From the NCBI RefSeq assembly GCF_021378375.1, contig NZ_CP076228.1:330001-362000 (forward strand): a stretch of 32,000 nt of DNA. The letters run 5' to 3'. The notes beneath the pieces are model-generated. The model did not search any database and was not told the origin of the DNA. It saw nothing but the letters and a program-made list of their open reading frames with translations. The stretch comes from Wolbachia endosymbiont of Drosophila innubila. Its GTDB lineage: Bacteria; Pseudomonadota; Alphaproteobacteria; Rickettsiales; Anaplasmataceae. Positions 1-8,928 of the stretch are shown piece after piece. Made by a program: the position numbers and the translations under genes. The first letter of the stretch is position 1. Every line of letters starts with the position of its first letter.

Positions 1-1695
1 TATCTTCGCCAGTTTTGCATACAGCCCGTCTTTACTCATTAGAAAGTCATGAGTTCCTACTTCTTCTACTTTTCCATGATTAATTACTATAATCTTGTCA
101 GTCTTGAGTGCGGTTGATAGCCTGTGTGTAATTACGATTGTTGTTCTGTTTTGCATTAACTTGCTCAATGCTTTTTGCACGAGGTTCTCACTTTTGTAAT
201 CAAGGGCAGAGGTTGCTTCATCCAGTATTAAAACCTGAGGATTGTTGAGTATGGCCCTTGCTATTACAATACGTTGTTTTTGTCCTTCAGAAAGTTTTAA
301 TCCTCTTTTTCCTACAAATGTATCAAATTTATCAGGCAGCTTATCAATAAATTCCATCGCATAAGCGCTGATGGCTGCTTGCTTCACTTCCTCATATTCG
401 GCACCTGGTTTGCCATATAGTATATTTTCCATTATTGAGCAAGAAAATATCATGTGATCTTGTGGCACTAAGCCAAACAACGATCTGAGGTCATTTAGCG
501 CAATTGACTTAATATTGTGCCCATCGATAGTAATGCTACCTTTGTTTGGATCATGAAAACGGAGCAGAAGCTTTAAAATGGTGCTTTTACCACTGCCAGA
601 TGGTCCAACAATTGATACTGCTTGACCTGCCTCTATAGAAAATGATACGTTATCTAATGCTGGCTTATCAGCATAAAAAAATGTTACACCATTAAACGAA
701 ATTCCTTTTTGAACACTATAAATTTTTATAGGATCATCGGCATCTACTATAGAGCTTTTCATATTTTTAAATTCAAATAAACGCTCTACTATTCCAAGAC
801 CTCGTTGTAAATCACTGATATTATCGCTCAAATTATTTATAGCTCCTGCCGCAAGCGCTGAATAAAACACAAATGAGGAGAGTTCTCCAATAGTTATATT
901 ATTGCTTAAGACTTCTTTAATACCAAAAAAGAGCAAAACAACTAGTGAACCTATCACACACGTGATAACTAGAGTTACTAGAATAGCACGCAAGAGTACT
1001 AATTTTACGTATGATTTTGATACTGAGTTTAAATACTCCTTAAAACGGGTTTTTTCATTTTCTTCGAGTACAAACGATTTGATAGTCACTATAGATCTAA
1101 AATTTTCCTCACTAAATGACGCAAGCTCACTTAATTTATCCTGGGCAAAGCGTGCATAGCTACGCACTTTTTTTCCAAGTGAGGTCATGATAATGAGTAG
1201 TATAGGTATTATTGCGGCTGCATACGCAGTTAGTTGTATATTTGTATATAATAACATAGCAACACTGCCAATCAGAATCACAAAATTTCGTAATATGGTT
1301 AGTAAGCTGCTGTTTATTATTGATTGCAGCACAGAGGTATCAGTAATTAACGCTGAGATAACATCTTGTACGCCTGTGTTCTCAAAGAAACTTGGTTGCA
1401 AGTTAGTGATACTGCTATATAAGTCATATCTGATTCTTGCGATAACTTTCTCGCTGCCAATGCCAATGAAATATAACCGAGTAAATGCAGTGAGAGAAAT
1501 GGCTAAAACTATAAGTATTGCAACTAATAGTTTGGTAGTAAAATCGTGCTCTGTGCCAGAATCAATTATATTGCTTAAGCCTCTGCCAAAGAGGAGGATC
1601 GTTAAGGCTGAAAATAAAACTGCAATAAAAGCTATGACAAAATAGGATAGATTAGGCTTTATATAGTAAAATAACTGCCTAATATTAGATCGCAT
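1..1695 (-). CDS. ABC transporter, fused permease/ATP-binding protein (MsbA-like type I exporter); C-terminal end runs off the window
   Basis: Absent from the ORF track because it is open at the window edge. My minus-strand translation from ATG (1693-1695) gives MRSNIRQLFYYIKPNLSYFVIAFIAV..., a hydrophobic multi-TM half, then Walker A GPSGSGKST (~590-615), signature LSEGQKQR (~280-300) and Walker B VLILDEATSALD (~200-235). Confidence 0.9.
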   Translation of the reverse strand, partial: MRSNIRQLFYYIKPNLSYFVIAFIAVLFSALTILLFGRGLSNIIDSGTEHDFTTKLLVAILIVLAISLTAFTRLYFIGIGSEKVIARIRYDLYSSITNLQPSFFENTGVQDVISALITDTSVLQSIINSSLLTILRNFVILIGSVAMLLYTNIQLTAYAAAIIPILLIIMTSLGKKVRSYARFAQDKLSELASFSEENFRSIVTIKSFVLEENEKTRFKEYLNSVSKSYVKLVLLRAILVTLVITCVIGSLVVLLFFGIKEVLSNNITIGELSSFVFYSALAAGAINNLSDNISDLQRGLGIVERLFEFKNMKSSIVDADDPIKIYSVQKGISFNGVTFFYADKPALDNVSFSIEAGQAVSIVGPSGSGKSTILKLLLRFHDPNKGSITIDGHNIKSIALNDLRSLFGLVPQDHMIFSCSIMENILYGKPGAEYEEVKQAAISAYAMEFIDKLPDKFDTFVGKRGLKLSEGQKQRIVIARAILNNPQVLILDEATSALDYKSENLVQKALSKLMQNRTTIVITHRLSTALKTDKIIVINHGKVEEVGTHDFLMSKDGLYAKLAKI

Positions 1696-1840
1696 CTTAT
1701 TTTAAAGTTTCTAAAGTTAAGTATATAGATTTTAGTTTCAGGGGAAAGGGGAAAGGTGTAGTATGAAGCAATTTAGGTTCTGCAGCTGTTGTGATTTTAG
1801 TCCACCAAGAAAGGGTAGTAGCTCGCAGAAACAAAAAACT

Positions 1841-2534
1841 TACTTGACAAACTCCGCCAGCCCCCTTATCATAAAATTGAAGCTATTGTATTTGCTTTCG
1901 CCAATCTGCAGATTAAAAGGTAAGGATTACTTAATGTATCGGCGTCTCATGTTCAATTTTTTGCAGTATATAGATACTGTATGTCTTTACAAAACTTCAT
2001 CTACATCTAGATTTTTATCTAAATAAGCTGAACGCGCTTATAAAGCGTTACAAGACATCAAAAAATGCCAATACTCGACAGAGATAGTAAAAGACTAGCT
2101 AACTCGGGGATTCTTTGTCTTTTTTTCTGCTTAGTAAACTTCTTAAACATTTGCAGCGTAAGTTAGTTGCAATTAAAAGCAGCTTAATCTTGCTTGTCAA
2201 GCGTTTAAAACATAAAAAACGCCAATATTTTAAAGCGGATAATAACCCCAGGGCTTCTTTTGCCTTTTTTTTCATTTGGTAAATTTCTTAACGTTTGCAG
2301 CTAAACGACAACCGTCATCCCGCTACTTGTTAGCGGCTAAGAGATACTGCGGCGGTATGACGGTTTGCGGCGGCATGACCTCGTCATTCCCCTACGTGTT
2401 AGCGGGATCTATGTTAAGGTATGACGGTTAAGTAAGGGATCTATGTTAAGAGATACCGCGGCGGTATGACGGTTCGTGGCAGCGTGACGATAACCTCGTC
2501 ATCCCGCTACGTGTTAGCGCCGCGGCGGTATAGC
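1841..2534 (+). repeat. Left arm of a diverged ~690-bp inverted repeat module: promoter-like head, two ~110-125-bp internal subrepeats, GC-rich palindromic hairpin cluster (WPE/RPE-like)
   Basis: Aligns end to end by eye with the reverse complement of 8150-8772. Conserved blocks include CTTGACAA..CCCCCTTATCAT, GGCGTCTCATGTT, AACGCGCTTAyAAAGCGTT, CTGCTTAGTAAAyTTCTTAAACAyTTGC, GGGGCTTCTTTTGCCTTTTTTT and AGCTAAACGACAACCGTCATCCCGCT. Hairpin units GTCATCCCGCTAC-N-GTTAGCGGGAT and GGTATGACGG recur in 2311-2534. Confidence 0.75.
1844..1872 (+). promoter_or_regulatory. Sigma70-like promoter candidate at the head of the left repeat arm (TTGACA-17 nt-TATCAT)
   Basis: TTGACA at 1844-1849, a 17-nt spacer, TATCAT at 1867-1872. 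The same hexamers and spacer length are conserved in the right arm although flanking sequence has diverged. Confidence 0.35.
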
Positions 2535-2607
2535 TATACTTAAAAATATGGTTGAATAGTTGTTAATAATAGTGTATAATTATTAATCTTTTCTCAGTAT
2601 TTTTACT

Positions 2608-2853
2608 ATGGCTCTTTCTAAATTTCTCGATCCAAAGTTAGATTTAACATTTAAGAAAATCTTTGGCACTGAAAAAAATAAGAATATTCTTATCCATTTT
2701 TTAAACGATATTTTAGGATGTACTGAAGTCAACACTATACAAGAAGTAGAATTCTTAAGCACCATTATGGACCCTGAAATTGCTTCTGATAAACAAAGCA
2801 TTGTTGATGTTCTTTGCAGAGATTCTAGTGGGAACAGGTATATAATTGAGATG
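2608..2853 (+). CDS. Rpn-family (YhgA-like, PD-(D/E)XK) recombination-promoting nuclease/putative transposase, exon 1 (interrupted by a group II intron)
   Basis: MALSKFLDPKLDLTFKKIFGTEKNKNILIHFLNDIL...SIVDVLCRDSSGNRYIIEM is a typical N-terminus of this family. The family-like sequence ends at ATG 2851-2853, immediately before GTGCGAC. It resumes in frame at 5141 (QVAKTKGFEKRAQLYAAKAY). Confidence 0.8.
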
Positions 2854-5140
2854 GTGCGACCTGAAAGCCTTCGGTCATATTGTTTATAAAAGGAGAGGAA
2901 TTCATTCAGAAAGAAACTGAAAGGATTCTAAAGCTTATTGAGCCAGATGTTTTGCCATCTGAGTCTACGCATCAGTGCGAATTGGGTAACCAGTTGGTGC
3001 TGAGCGACGCGGACAATGAACCTCCTCTTGATAAAGAAGATGCTCAATCGTGAGAGAAAGCATAAACTACAAGCATCATGTGGTTGGAGGGCTAGGCTTA
3101 GTGGTATGGTGAACGTAAGTGAAGCTTCATAAGTATCGTAACGATTAAAGAGCTAAAGATGCTGATAAGCTCCGACCAAAAGGTAATGTGACATTTTTCA
3201 TTTCTGGATGTACGCAAATAATAATTCCACCGGTATAGAGAAGCCACCTAACCCACTATTGTATGACAAAAGGAACAGGATAAGCCTGTATTTTCGCCTA
3301 TATGGCAGGCAACCCGCAAGGAATGCTGATGGATGTGCAGGTAAAGGATAATGGAGAAAGCGAATGCCATTTTGTAACGAAATGGATAGAATTTGTAACA
3401 TTAATTCGCGTGAAAACGAGCAGACTTCCATTTGGTCCTTCATGACAAGAAACTTTGTTAACCACTTAAGGTAGGAAAGCAGATGATTACAAGTACAACT
3501 GTAAGTGCACCTACCAATAACTCCGAAGCATGGAACCAGTTACCCTGGAAGAAATGCCAAAAGTTGTTATGAGGCTACAGAGGCGTATTGTTAAGGCTGT
3601 CCAACAAGGCAGATGGGGTAAGGTGAAAACTTTACAACACCTTCTCACACGCTCTTTTAGCGGCAAAGCTTTGGCGGTTAAGAGAGTAACTGAAAACCAA
3701 GGAAAAACACAGCAGGTGTAGATCGTCAAATATGGTCAACTTGCAACACAAAATTTCAAGGAATAAAGCTATTAAAACAAAGAGGATACAAACCTTCTCC
3801 GCTAAAACGGATATACATCAGTAAGTCTAATGGCAAAAGAAGACCTCTGAATCCCTACGATAAAAGATAGAGCCATGCAAGCATTATACTTGTTTGCTTT
3901 GGAACCGATAGCTGAAACGATCAGTGATCGTCACTCTTATGGTTTTAGACCAAAAGATCCTGCGCAGACGCTACTGTGGCTTGCCACTTGTTACTGGCAA
4001 GCCGTAACCAACTACAATGGATACTCGAAGGTGATATTAAAGGGTGTTTTGATAACATTAACCATGAATGGCTCATGAAGCATATTCCTATGGAGAAGAA
4101 AATTCTTCATAGCTGGTTAAAAGCTGGCTTCCTAGAATCAAAACTCTGTATTCCACAACTGCAGGTACCCCACAAGGTAGTATCATCTCTCCAATACTAG
4201 CAAATCTAGCCCTAAATGGACTTGAAAAATCATTGGAAAGTCAATTTGGTAAACTTGGCAGTAAAAGAAGAAGCAAAATCAGAAGTGGAGTAAATGTAAT
4301 CAGGTACGCAGATGACTTTATCATTTCAGGAATCACACGTGAAGTACTGGAAAATGAAGTAAAACCTCTAGTATCGTCCTTTCTTCAGGAGAGAGGTCTT
4401 ATCCTTTCCGAAGAGAAAACAAAAATTACATCTATTACAACAGGGTTTGACTTTCTTGGTTGTAATGTACGCAGGTATAATAAGAAGTTAATTATAAAAC
4501 CTTCAAAAGAAAGTATTAAGAAACTTCTTAATAAAGCACGTACATTGATAAAGGCAAACATAGCGAACACTCAGGCCGTACTAATCAAGTTGCTCAATTC
4601 CCTATTAAGGGATGGGAAAATTACTACAGCCATGTGTGTGCGAAAAGAGCTTTAACAAAATAGACCATGAAATTATGTGTGCTCTATGGAAATGGGCAAA
4701 GAAAAGACATCCTCGTAAAGGATTACGTTGGATAAAGAATCGTTACTTCAAGGTAATGAAACAACGCCAATGGGTCTTTGCTGCACCCATATGCAAGAAC
4801 AAACCGAAAGAGATAAGGTATTTAAGACTGCTTAGGTTGATTGATATACCTATCAGACGACATGTTAAAATCAGGGCGGATGCAAATCCACTTGACTTAA
4901 AATGGAAAAAGTATTTTGATGAAAGAGTGAAACAAACAAAAATGTTAGCAAGCTCTTTCTCAAGAGAAGGTTCTCTGCTGTTGGTGTCACCATTAAGAAT
5001 GATGTTTTCTGAGGAATCATGAAGGACAAGCCGGTTCGAGAAAAGAAGGACTTAGATAAGGGGCTCAAGCGTAGTGTGGAGAAACCTGCATGCTGCGTTT
5101 CTAAGGGAGGAGTAGTAGCAATACTACTTCCTTACCTAAC
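2854..5140 (+). mobile_element. Group II intron, copy 1 (2,287 bp), ribozyme apparently intact but intron-encoded protein degraded
   Basis: 5' GTGCG and 3' ...CCTTACCTAAC. Canonical 34-nt domain V at 5067-5100 (AAGCGUAGU GUGGA GAAA CCUGC AU GCUGCGUUU). Domain VI hairpin with GCAA loop and a bulged A 7 nt from the 3' end. Collinear with copy 2 (26195-28490) except for 8 deletions and 1 substitution. Confidence 0.9.
3483..5022 (+). pseudogene. Intron-encoded reverse transcriptase/maturase, frameshifted remnant
   Basis: ORF fragments 3530-3721, 3875-4078, 3976-4200, 4233-4655 and 4612-5022 together recapitulate the 515-aa protein of copy 2. They are broken by 1-nt contractions of A/G/T runs and one 2-nt deletion. 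Confidence 0.9.
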
Positions 5141-5815
5141 CAGGTCGCTAAAACTAAGGGCTTTGAAAAACGCGCACAACTTTATGCTGCTAAGGCTTAC
5201 TCAAGACAAGCTGATAAATCTGGTAAATACGTTGATTTAAAGAAGATTTTCTTTATCGCGATTTCAAATTGTACCTTATTCCCTGATAAGCTTGACTATA
5301 TATCTAGCCATACCATAAGAGATGAAAAAACCAATGAGCATGACTTAAAAGATTTTCAATTTATCTTCATAGAGCTGCCAAAATTTCCTAAGAGTAGAGA
5401 AGAACAACTAGAAAGTGTAGTAGACCGTTGGCTATTTTTTTTCAAATATGCAGATGAAACAACGGACGAAGATCTCAGAAAAATTGCGGAAAAATCACCA
5501 ATAATAAAGCTAGCATATGATGAATTAGATAAGTTTCACTGGAATGAAAAAGATCTAATAACTTATGAAGAAAGAATAATGGATCTGCGCAAAGAAGAAG
5601 CCATTCTTGAATACAGACTTGATCTTGCTACTGAAAAAGGCATCCAAATTGGCGAAGAAAGAGGCATCAAAATCGGTAAAGAGGAAGGAAAAATCGAAGG
5701 AAAAATCGAAGTCGCAAAAGCAATGCTGGCTAACAATGTTGATGTCAACACTATTGTCAAATTTACTGGCCTTTCTATTAGTGAGATTGAAGAATTAAGT
5801 GTGAACGGTTACTAA
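5141..5815 (+). CDS. Rpn-family nuclease/putative transposase, exon 2
   Basis: Continues QVAKTKGFEKRAQLYAAKAYSRQADKSGKYVDLKKIFFIAISNCTLFPD...FIFIELPKF...EKGIQIGEERGIKIGKEEGKIEGKIEVAKAMLANNVDVNTIVKFTGLSISEIEEL. Spliced product would be 82+225 = 307 aa. Confidence 0.8.
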   Translation, partial: QVAKTKGFEKRAQLYAAKAYSRQADKSGKYVDLKKIFFIAISNCTLFPDKLDYISSHTIRDEKTNEHDLKDFQFIFIELPKFPKSREEQLESVVDRWLFFFKYADETTDEDLRKIAEKSPIIKLAYDELDKFHWNEKDLITYEERIMDLRKEEAILEYRLDLATEKGIQIGEERGIKIGKEEGKIEGKIEVAKAMLANNVDVNTIVKFTGLSISEIEELSVNGY

Positions 5816-6217
5816 TTAAGAACTTTAATTATCAATCATAAATCACTGAATTTCGCTAGTAAATTTGTTGCCATTGTCCATATTGCACAATTGTATATAA
5901 GATATAGTATAACAATAGTGTCCGTTCAGCTAATACCAATTCCCACTGCACAATAAACGGATAGATAACAATGGAAAAAAAGCCATACTATTGCCTTTCT
6001 TTCTCACTCCACAATTAAATAACTCTACAATATCGCTTATTTGATTCACTAATAATGAGAATTGGTATAACTTTGCTATTTTTCTCTCTAGATTCTTGCA
6101 AAGTTCTACAAGATTAACCACATTACCTCACGGTTTCTCTATGATTATTTTTTTAGATTACTTGTTTACCTTATTTGCCGTTCTCCTGAACGAATATACA
6201 TAAGCTATAAAAACTAT

Positions 6218-7105
6218 CTAATAGCTACCCAAAACCCTTATTTCCCACTCAAGTTCAACATTAAATTTATCCTTTACTGCATCTTTTACTTTGTTGCCAA
6301 GGTTTTCCAAGTCAGATGCAGTTGCATTATCGTAATTGAGCAAGAAGTTACAATGTTTCTTAGAGATTCTAGCTCCACCAATATTTAACCTTAGGCAGCC
6401 AGATTTATCAATTAACTCCCATGCTCGGTAGTTTTTTGGATTTTTGAATATGCACCCAGCAGTTTTTCCTCTTATTGGCTGGCTTTTATTTTTCCTCTCA
6501 ATAACTTCCTTTAACCTTTGCAGTATAAGCTCATACTCTGAGTTTACTCCTTTAAACTCAGCTTCAACAAAAATCCAATTTCCTTTTAGGCTATGTCCAC
6601 GGTAAAAATACCCCATTTCTTCGCTGGAGAACTCATATAGGTTTCCATCCTCTAGATTCACTGCTTTTATAGATTGTACAACACTTGCGATATCACTACC
6701 ATATGCACCTGCATTCATTTCTATTCCGCCACCAACTGTTCCTGGAATTCCAACTAGAAACTCCAACCCACTAATCTGCTGATTTCCCGCAAAGTGAGCA
6801 AGGTTGCTGAGCAGCACAGCTCCCCCAGCTACAATAGAGTTGTTACCCTTACTTTTAATATATGCAAACTCCTTACCTAATTTTACTGTTATTCCTCGAA
6901 TGCCACTATCTCGCACTATTATGTTGGATGTTGCACCAATAACGCTAACTGGCAGTTCAGTATTTTTAATCAAGTATGTTAAATCTTCAATATCACATGG
7001 TTTAAATAATACATCAGCTCGTCCACCAACATTTAACCACGTCGCTTTAGACATTAAGACATCATAACGATAGATTCCACGTACTTTAGGTAAGCTTATA
7101 AGCAT
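6218..7105 (-). CDS. murB: UDP-N-acetylenolpyruvoylglucosamine reductase
   Basis: 295-aa ORF with MurB-type FAD-binding N-terminus (WLNVGGRADVLFKP...VIGATSNIIVRDSGIRG) and a conserved C-terminal half. Its start overlaps the hemC stop by 10 nt. Confidence 0.93.
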   Translation of the reverse strand: MLISLPKVRGIYRYDVLMSKATWLNVGGRADVLFKPCDIEDLTYLIKNTELPVSVIGATSNIIVRDSGIRGITVKLGKEFAYIKSKGNNSIVAGGAVLLSNLAHFAGNQQISGLEFLVGIPGTVGGGIEMNAGAYGSDIASVVQSIKAVNLEDGNLYEFSSEEMGYFYRGHSLKGNWIFVEAEFKGVNSEYELILQRLKEVIERKNKSQPIRGKTAGCIFKNPKNYRAWELIDKSGCLRLNIGGARISKKHCNFLLNYDNATASDLENLGNKVKDAVKDKFNVELEWEIRVLGSY

Positions 7106-8004
7106 TTTGATTTCAACTCTAATCCTGCATCCATACCCATTTTCTCCGCATCTTCTATAAATGAAGTGCGCTCAGTGAAGTATATATTTTTTCCACTTGC
7201 TAACATACAACGAAGGTGTAGCATATTTTCGCTCACATATTCAGCCAAAGCTGCAAGTGGTGTAAAACATGAACCATTCACTGTCTTCATAAAACTGCGC
7301 TCTGATTTCACTCCTATAAAAGACATATTATTATTAATTTTCTCTAAAAGATCGATAATTTTTACATCATTCCTTCTACATTGAATACAAACCGCCCCCT
7401 GCCCCACTGCACTTAACATAACTTTTGGTGGCAATACCTCTGTAATCAAGTGATGTTTTTCTAATCTTATGAGTCCTGCTTCAGCTAGAATTATTCCATC
7501 AAAACTTTGATTTTGCAATCTGGTTGTTACATTTCCACGTAGCGGTACTATATTTAAATCTGGTCTAACATTTAACAACTGAACTTTTCTTCTTATTGAA
7601 GAAGTGGCAATAGTAGCCTGCTGTGGCAAAGACTCAAGGCTATTGTGTTTATGAGAAATAAACGCATCGCATGAACTTAGCCTTTCTAAAACACAAGGAA
7701 TTGTTAAACCCCCTGAGAAAAACGCAGGCATATCTTTTAGCGAATGAACTGCCATGTCTATATTATTTTCGAGCAATTCAGTCTCAATTTCTTTAATGAA
7801 TAATCCTTTGCCTCCTATTTCAGCAAGATTTGCGTTTGCATACTTATCTCCAGAAGTTTTTATTTTAACAATTTCAATAGATAAGTTAGGAAAAGAATCC
7901 AGCAACTTTTGTTTTGCTTCCAAAGCCTGGGCAACTGCAAGCTTGCTTCCTCTGGTACCTATTTTGACTAGCATGTGTACGATTGTTTGTCTGATGTCAT
8001 TCAA
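7096..8004 (-). CDS. hemC: Hydroxymethylbilane synthase (porphobilinogen deaminase)
   Basis: KIGTRGSKLAVAQA...HSLKDMP...RGNVTTRL motifs. The true start may be the internal Met (MLVKIGTRGS, codon 7972-7974) by comparison with typical HemC N-termini. Confidence 0.93.
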   Translation of the reverse strand: MNDIRQTIVHMLVKIGTRGSKLAVAQALEAKQKLLDSFPNLSIEIVKIKTSGDKYANANLAEIGGKGLFIKEIETELLENNIDMAVHSLKDMPAFFSGGLTIPCVLERLSSCDAFISHKHNSLESLPQQATIATSSIRRKVQLLNVRPDLNIVPLRGNVTTRLQNQSFDGIILAEAGLIRLEKHHLITEVLPPKVMLSAVGQGAVCIQCRRNDVKIIDLLEKINNNMSFIGVKSERSFMKTVNGSCFTPLAALAEYVSENMLHLRCMLASGKNIYFTERTSFIEDAEKMGMDAGLELKSKCL

Positions 8005-8149
8005 GTAGCTGACTACTTGGATCCAGTTTATATAAACCTTTGCATTTATTGTACTTTAACTTAAAACCAAAAGCAACTTTGACTTTACAAAATAATAACC
8101 TTTTATATGCATAAATAAGCTTACTGGATTCTAGTACTTGCATGACAAG

Positions 8150-8772
8150 GTATAAACCTTATCGTCATACCACCGCGAACCGTCATACCGTCACGGTATC
8201 TCTAGATCCCGCTAACACGTAGCGGGATGACGAATTATTTAACCGTCATCCCGCGATTCATTCGCGGTATCTCTAGATCCCGCTAACAAGCAGCGGGATG
8301 ACGGTTGTCGTTTAGCTATAAATATTAAAAAATTTACCAAGCGAAAAAAAAAGGCAAAAGAAGCCCCGTGGTGGTTGGCTATTTACTATGTACTAAAATA
8401 TCGGCGTTTTTTTTATTCTAAAACGCTTGATTAAGAGCGATTTAGCTGCTTTTAACTTGCAACTAACCTACACCGCAAGTGTTTAAGAAATTTACTAAGC
8501 AGGAAAAAGGCAAAGAAACCCCGTAGTAGCTAGCATTCAAATTCTCCTTGTCAATTTGACGTTTTTTGCTGTCTTAAACGCTTTGTAAGCGCGTTTCGGC
8601 TTATATAGGTAAAAACCCAGAAATTTTTAAAGACATGCGATGCACGTAGTGCGAAAAATTAAACATGAGACGCCAAATACCCTAAGTTTTTTGTCATTAA
8701 CCTGCACAGATTGCGAAGATAAATAAATAGCTTCAGTTTCATGATAAGGGGGTTGGCGAAGCTTGTCAAGGA
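8150..8772 (-). repeat. Right arm of the diverged inverted repeat module (reverse complement of 1841-2534)
   Basis: Same block order as the left arm when read on the minus strand. Palindromic cluster at 8161-8316 (CCCGCTAACACGTAGCGGG, CCCGCTAACAAGCAGCGGG, CCGTCATACC/GGTATGACGG-type units). Confidence 0.75.
8741..8769 (-). promoter_or_regulatory. Sigma70-like promoter candidate at the head of the right repeat arm (TTGACA-17 nt-TATCAT on the minus strand)
   Basis: Minus strand reads CCTTGACAAGCTTCGCCAACCCCCTTATCATGAAACTGAAGC: -35 at 8764-8769, -10 at 8741-8746, spacer 17 nt. It points toward hemC-murB, ~740 nt upstream of the hemC start. Confidence 0.35.
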
Positions 8773-8928
8773 ATTTTTATGGCCTAGCGTCACGTGCTGG
8801 AATGACATTTGGGAATATGTTATCCGTTTGTCACTTCTAAATGATAAGAGCCTCAATGAATTTATTAGTTTATTACATGTCTCTTTTCATGTATAAATCT
8901 ATAGAAAGTTTTATACGGAAGTTGTTTT

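Noticed and set aside
902-1645. Plus-strand ORFs 902-1159 and 1187-1645
   Set aside because: They lie antisense inside the minus-strand ABC exporter, whose translation shows clear Walker A, signature and Walker B motifs and a TM domain. The plus-strand products are low-complexity with no family features.
1763-2026. 87-aa ORF in the left repeat arm, and the 65-aa ORF 8659-8856 in the right arm, as a possible conserved small protein
   Set aside because: They share only ~24 aa (LT.SA.PLI.KLKL...CRL), which is the translation of the conserved promoter-like DNA block. The frames diverge immediately afterwards, so the conservation is at the nucleotide level, not in coding sequence.
3198-3443. 81-aa minus-strand ORF (duplicated at 26539-26784), and minus-strand ORFs 3511-3729 and 26799-27053
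   Set aside because: These are antisense to group II intron ribozyme domains and the start of the RT gene. They are identical in both copies only because the intron is duplicated, and they have no independent coding signal.
5579-5815. 78-aa ORF 5579-5815, and the overlapping ORFs 5607-5798 (plus) and 5563-5760 (minus), as separate genes
   Set aside because: 5579-5815 is simply the in-frame C-terminal part of Rpn exon 2 starting at an internal Met. The others are alternative-frame or antisense shadows of the Glu/Lys/Gly-rich repeat tail.
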